From assembly GCA_049516875.1 (NCBI GenBank), contig JBEKSS010000001.1, positions 128,001-192,000 on the forward strand: a stretch of DNA of 64,000 nucleotides. Direction: 5' to 3'. This DNA comes from Candidatus Bathyarchaeia archaeon. GTDB taxonomy: Archaea; Thermoproteota; Bathyarchaeia; Bathyarchaeales; Bathycorpusculaceae. The notes beneath the pieces were generated by a model. It was not told the DNA's origin and ran no database searches. It saw nothing but the letters and a program-made list of their open reading frames with translations. The position numbers and the translations under genes were made by a program. This document shows, piece after piece, positions 59,974 to 64,000 of the stretch (position 1 is the stretch's first letter; the number at the start of each line of letters is the position of its first letter).

Positions 59974-59981
59974 GCGCGCGC
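59974..59981. repeat. GCGCGCGC palindrome
   Basis: Just upstream of the CTATAAG box of the 60038 gene. Confidence 0.9.
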
Positions 59982-60037
59982 TGTTCTCAAACATAGAACT
60001 ATAAGTGTCCTACCTCGATTAATACCAAGAGGGGGAA

Positions 60038-60337
60038 GTGAAGTTGAAAGTTCTGTTGAAGCTAGGTTTTGTGAATGCTGCCTTGCTGATGCTGTGTATT
60101 GGTTCAGACTATCTAGAGTGGAGAAACCTCTTGGGTCTCCCAGGGATAGCTGATGTACTGTGGACTCCTATACGCATCACGATCTGGATAAGTAGCACCA
60201 GCGCATTTGGACCAGCCATCATTGATGGCGTTTCGTGGATGGACAACTGGAGTTTTATGATACTGTTAACGATTATTGCCGTCAATTTGGTAATTGTTTG
60301 GAGAATAGAACAGAGAAAGATTTCACTGATTCATTAA
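60038..60337 (+). CDS. Hypothetical small membrane protein, 99 aa
   Basis: GAGGGGG SD; N- and C-terminal hydrophobic segments. Confidence 0.7.
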   Translation: MKLKVLLKLGFVNAALLMLCIGSDYLEWRNLLGLPGIADVLWTPIRITIWISSTSAFGPAIIDGVSWMDNWSFMILLTIIAVNLVIVWRIEQRKISLIH

Positions 60338-60355
60338 ACTTCATGGACTTCTTCT

Positions 60356-60384
60356 GGGGTTTGGATTTGGGATAAAACTTTACC
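60356..60384. repeat. Right att-like site: arm GGGGTTTGGATTTG plus GGATAAAACTTTACC
   Basis: Core is a direct repeat of 58297-58311; arm inverted relative to 58312-58324. Confidence 0.75.
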
Positions 60385-60495
60385 TCCCTCTTCCTACACT
60401 CAGCTGAATCATGCTCCTGATAATCACCCTAACCCTGAGCTCGCGCGAGAATCTATGAAGCATTTAACTAGCGCTTTCTTTGTAATAATTCTATC

Positions 60496-61380
60496 ATGGG
60501 AGAATACGCGCGTGTATTGTTGTATCTTTTTTGGCTTGAACTAAAGAGGATTATATTTAAAGTGAAGTATTTTGCAGAAGTTGATGTGACGGACAACTGT
60601 AATCTTAGATGTAAACATTGCTATCATTTTCACGGTAAAGAGGATTTTAGAACACAAGAGCTATCCATAGATGTTTGGGAAAAAAGGTTCAAAGAACTCT
60701 ACAAGTCAGGAATAAGGAACATTCTTTTGGTTGGTGGTGAGCCTGCGCTCAGGATTGATGTTCTTATGCTCGCCCACGGGATATTTCCATTTGTTTACGT
60801 TATAACAAACGGAACAATAAAGATACCAGAAGAATTCACTCATAGACTATATGCTTCAATAGATGGGTCTCAAAAAACAAACGATTCACTCAGAGGGAAC
60901 GGTGTTTTTTCAAGTGTAATGAAAAACTTTTCAGGGGATAAGCGTGTTATTATAAATATGACAATCACGAAGGATAATTACAAAGAGCTTGAGGACATTA
61001 TGAAAATTGCAAAAGAGAATGGTTTCAAGGGTGTTGTTTGTAATATATGCGCAGGTGGAACCGATGTCAGCGTTACTATGGTTGTAAGAGAAAAAGAGAG
61101 AAAAACTATAGTAAAAGAACTGAAACGAGTGAAGACAAAATACCCAAAGGATTTTCTTTTGAGCAAAGCGATGTTAAAATGGTATGAATACCCAGACCAT
61201 AGTGGTCCATGCTACTGGGGCGACGAAGTGTTGCATTTTGACGTTTCATGGAACAGAAGAAGGTGTTTTGGAAACAATGCGGACTGTTCCAATTGCGGGT
61301 GTCTGGCAGGGGCCTTTCAAAGTCCTCTAGAAATGCTAAGGCATCCAAGAGAGATGATGAAAATAGTTGTATGTTCATAA
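60496..61380 (+). CDS. Radical SAM protein with C-terminal Cys cluster (Twitch/SPASM-like)
   Basis: CNLRCKHCY, GGEP, TNG, SIDG, C...C..CSNCGC. Confidence 0.9.
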   Translation: MGEYARVLLYLFWLELKRIIFKVKYFAEVDVTDNCNLRCKHCYHFHGKEDFRTQELSIDVWEKRFKELYKSGIRNILLVGGEPALRIDVLMLAHGIFPFVYVITNGTIKIPEEFTHRLYASIDGSQKTNDSLRGNGVFSSVMKNFSGDKRVIINMTITKDNYKELEDIMKIAKENGFKGVVCNICAGGTDVSVTMVVREKERKTIVKELKRVKTKYPKDFLLSKAMLKWYEYPDHSGPCYWGDEVLHFDVSWNRRRCFGNNADCSNCGCLAGAFQSPLEMLRHPREMMKIVVCS

Positions 61381-61571
61381 GCGAAGCACATCTCTTCCCA
61401 AGCGGCAGTTCATTGCTTTTCCCTTCATGACCTTACACTAGCTATTTCATATCGCACGTGTTCTTTCGTCTTTCTATTTGCGGTTTGAGAGTGTGAGGTT
61501 AAATGGGATAGTGAAACATTAAACTTATTAACGATACTGTAAATGCATTATGCTTAAAGGGGAATGAAAAA

Positions 61572-61931
61572 ATGTCGCTCGGATCAAGGCTGAAGATCGA
61601 AAGCAAAGGTATGTTTGTAACGTTTGTTTTCTACGCAATTGTTGGAATAATCTTTCTTGTCTTGGCACTGCCAATCGTCAGCTTTGCCCCACACTTAGCG
61701 ATAATCGGCATGTTCAGCCTCATAACTGCTTATGGGGTGCTTGGGAAAAGAGTCTGGACGATTTGGTTTGTGATGATTTTGTTTTTTGTTGGAACAACAT
61801 TTTCAGCCTTCATGATTTACAACATTCCGCAAATAGACTATCTTCTCGGTGTAGGCGCCATACTCTACCTTATTCTGACATGGGCCTTCACTGGTTATGC
61901 TGTGGCGAAAAGAAAAGTATTTGAAAGCTAG
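61572..61931 (+). CDS. Hypothetical 4-TM membrane protein
   Basis: 119-aa hydrophobic ORF with TATA-like CTTATTAA and SD upstream. Confidence 0.75.
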   Translation: MSLGSRLKIESKGMFVTFVFYAIVGIIFLVLALPIVSFAPHLAIIGMFSLITAYGVLGKRVWTIWFVMILFFVGTTFSAFMIYNIPQIDYLLGVGAILYLILTWAFTGYAVAKRKVFES

Positions 61932-61990
61932 ATGAGCTCATCACTGAAAACGTTCTCGCTTGGGGAATAGCTTCCCCTCTTAGTACTCGA

Positions 61991-63247
61991 CTAGTTGCCT
62001 TGCAGAAGGCTTTCAGTTTTGAAAAGCTGCACTGTGACTGGTTCGCCAGCATCGATGAACTGCACATCTTCAGCAATCTCCACAAACCCGTCGGCCTTTG
62101 CGAGTGTCGTTATAGCCCCGGAAAGCGCTGTCGGAATGGGCTCAGCAATCAGTCCTTTTGGCTTTTCCTGCCTTAACTTCACCATGATGAAAGTTCTTCG
62201 CCCTTTTGCTGGGAACATTCTCATCGATGCAAAAGCCTTCACTTCTATAGGCTTCTCAGCTTTTCTTCCGCTCATGACCTGAATTAATGGACGCACAAAC
62301 AATTGAAAGGTCAGCAAGGCTGATGTTGGATGGCCAGGAAGTGAAAACACTAGCTTTCCAGCAACAGATGCCACTGTCGTGGGCTTTCCTGGTTTGATTG
62401 CAATCCCACTGAGAATTATGCCCGGTTCTCCAAGCATGCTTAAGGTTTTCGGCACGATGTCTTTTGGACCTACTGAGACTCCCCCCGAAGTCACAACCAT
62501 GTCCGAGGAGACAAGCGCACGCCTCAGGGCTTCACGCAATTCGTCCAAGTTGTCGGGAAAGACTCCTAAATAGACTGGTCTTCCCCCGCTTTCGAGCACG
62601 GCCGTGCTTAGGCTGTAAGCGTTTATGTCGTAAATCTTCCCAGGAGGTAATTTCATGCCAGGTTCGGTTATTTCAGGTCCTGTCGAAAGAACGGCGATTC
62701 GTGGAACCGCGTAGACTCTTGCCTTCGCCTTGCCCAAGGCCGCCAAGACACCGATTTCCCTTGAACCTAACAATTGCCCCTTCCTAAGGATGGTTTTGCC
62801 TTTCTTGATGTCCGCCCCAGCTTTCATGATATTCTCATCTCTGCCTGCGGCACCAAAAACTGTGACCTCATCACCGTTTCGACTGGTATGTTCTATCATG
62901 ACAACTGCGTCTGCACCTTCCGGTATAGGCGCACCCGTTACAATTTCAGCAGCTTGGCCCTTCATAACAGTCGTTTCGGGAAGTTCTCCAATGTTCACAG
63001 TCCCAGAAACCTTCAGCAAGACTGGCCTGTTCTCCTCTGCACCAAACGTGTCTTCTGCTCTGACGGCATACCCGTCAACCGCAGACCGATTGAAAGGCGG
63101 AATGTCCAAGCTGGCAGTTATGTTTTCAGCCAGGACACGATTGCTAGACTCCAGAAGAGGAATCTCTTCGACGCCTAAAGGTTTGGCTTTAAGCTGGCCC
63201 TCAATAACCTTTTTCGCCTCATCAAAAGTCAACAGTTTCCTGAACAC
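61991..63247 (-). CDS. moeA: Molybdopterin molybdenumtransferase MoeA
   Basis: PPFNRSAVDGYAV, TGAPIP.GADAVV..E, SGGVSVG..D, IKPGKP, LPGHP. Confidence 0.96.
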   Translation of the reverse strand: MFRKLLTFDEAKKVIEGQLKAKPLGVEEIPLLESSNRVLAENITASLDIPPFNRSAVDGYAVRAEDTFGAEENRPVLLKVSGTVNIGELPETTVMKGQAAEIVTGAPIPEGADAVVMIEHTSRNGDEVTVFGAAGRDENIMKAGADIKKGKTILRKGQLLGSREIGVLAALGKAKARVYAVPRIAVLSTGPEITEPGMKLPPGKIYDINAYSLSTAVLESGGRPVYLGVFPDNLDELREALRRALVSSDMVVTSGGVSVGPKDIVPKTLSMLGEPGIILSGIAIKPGKPTTVASVAGKLVFSLPGHPTSALLTFQLFVRPLIQVMSGRKAEKPIEVKAFASMRMFPAKGRRTFIMVKLRQEKPKGLIAEPIPTALSGAITTLAKADGFVEIAEDVQFIDAGEPVTVQLFKTESLLQGN

Positions 63248-63253
63248 TTCTCC

Positions 63254-64000
63254 TCAACCTTCCACAACGTCAAACAATTGGACATAAACAGGCTCCTTTT
63301 CCGCCAAGCCTTCTCGGTTTTCAGGAACAATGACATAGCCGTTGGCTTTCGTCATCGTTGACATCATGCTTGAACCCCGAGCGCTGATAGGTTCCGCAAC
63401 TAACTCGCCATCATGCCGGAAAACGCGCACCCGAACAAAATTCCTTCTTCCAAGAGTCGTAGCAATTCCTCTAGTCATTTTGGCTTGCACGCTAATTCTA
63501 GGCTCCACCTGTTTCATCCCAAGCATTCTACATACTAATGGTCTTGCGAACACTTCAAACCCGACTATCGCCGCAACCGGGTTGCCCGGAAGAATCAATA
63601 TTGGTTTCCCGCTTACAGCAGCCAGGGCCGTAGGCATAGCTGGACGCATAGCCACACCGTGAACAATCACGCCTGGCTTTCCAATCATGTTAACAGCGTC
63701 GGGAACGAAATCGGAACCTCCAACGCTTGTCCCTCCGGAAGTCATTATTACATCGGACTCTACAAGTCCAACTCTCAGTCTTTCCGAAATCTCATCAACA
63801 TCATCTCTTGCAATGCCTAGATCCAGCGGTTCAGCACCTAATTCGCGGCACAAGGCAGAGAGAACAAGCTTGTTAATGTCAAAAATCTGGTTTTCTTCCA
63901 GTTTGTTGCCTAGCTCTACAAGCTCATTTCCCGTAGTCAAAACAGCGATTATGGGCTTCTCAAACACCTCGACTTTGCTTATGCCCAAAGCAGCTATTAG
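63254..64000 (-). CDS. moeA: Second MoeA paralog (5' end outside window)
   Basis: TGNEL, TSGGTSVG..D, HGVAMRP, LPGNPVA. Confidence 0.93.
   Translation of the reverse strand, partial: LIAALGISKVEVFEKPIIAVLTTGNELVELGNKLEENQIFDINKLVLSALCRELGAEPLDLGIARDDVDEISERLRVGLVESDVIMTSGGTSVGGSDFVPDAVNMIGKPGVIVHGVAMRPAMPTALAAVSGKPILILPGNPVAAIVGFEVFARPLVCRMLGMKQVEPRISVQAKMTRGIATTLGRRNFVRVRVFRHDGELVAEPISARGSSMMSTMTKANGYVIVPENREGLAEKEPVYVQLFDVVEG

Larger units (their letters stand above)
58297..60384. mobile_element. 2.1-kb AT-rich module array bounded by direct repeat plus inverted arms
   Basis: Four co-oriented small ORFs, four internal GCGCGCGC palindromes, adjacent integrase remnant. Confidence 0.65.

Noticed and set aside
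58297-60384. Casposon or classical integron interpretation
   Set aside because: No Cas1, polB or IntI features and no attC; ends read CCCC...GGG, the opposite of casposon-type termini as I recall them
121-63662. Many ORF-track ORFs antisense to or nested in recognised genes (e.g. 15497-16163, 20003-20479, 47605-48150, 62730-63287)
   Set aside because: Shadow ORFs with no motifs
1-64000. CRISPR array, tRNA, rRNA, inteins
   Set aside because: No regularly spaced repeats or cloverleaf seen; polB1, infB, topA and top6 have normal lengths

Overview
Archaeal chromosomal window, most likely Bathyarchaeia. This is inferred from the gene set (PolB1, Topo VI, S8e/L18e, type-2 IPP isomerase, CarS, AglB) and from the integrase family ending ...LFRKRK. 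About 90% is housekeeping: an rps13-rps4-rps11-rpoD-rpl18e-rpl13-rps9-rpoN-eno-rps2-memo-mvk-ipk-fni-idsA-gltX-srp19 superoperon, then thermosome, aIF5B, top6AB, ABCE1, Cgi121/Sua5, hutIU, UbiD, nth, a decayed XPD, Clp1, RadB, CarS, topA, gcvT, aglB/aglH, QueT, polB1, thrS, RsmB, speB and two moeA. The most striking unexplained structure is in the three accessory patches (about 16.3-17.1, 53.7-53.9 and 57.76-61.45 kb). There, small single-gene modules, ORF-less modules and gene fragments are joined at GCGCGC(GC) palindromes. Two genes (a tyrosine integrase and an Mrr-type nuclease domain) break off exactly at such a palindrome. A ~50-bp element ending in the palindrome recurs 37 kb apart. A 2.1-kb module array directly after the integrase is bracketed by a 15-bp direct repeat with inverted arms. 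I read this as a candidate integron-like cassette-shuffling system without attC sites (inference). Other unannotated items are a box C/D sRNA, a structured QueT leader (candidate riboswitch), a 24-aa acidic microprotein upstream of ABCE1, a 36-aa head-to-tail remnant of formiminotransferase, and eukaryote-like OSTC/DC2 and PAC4 homologs. All calls come from reading motifs by eye; no searches were run.
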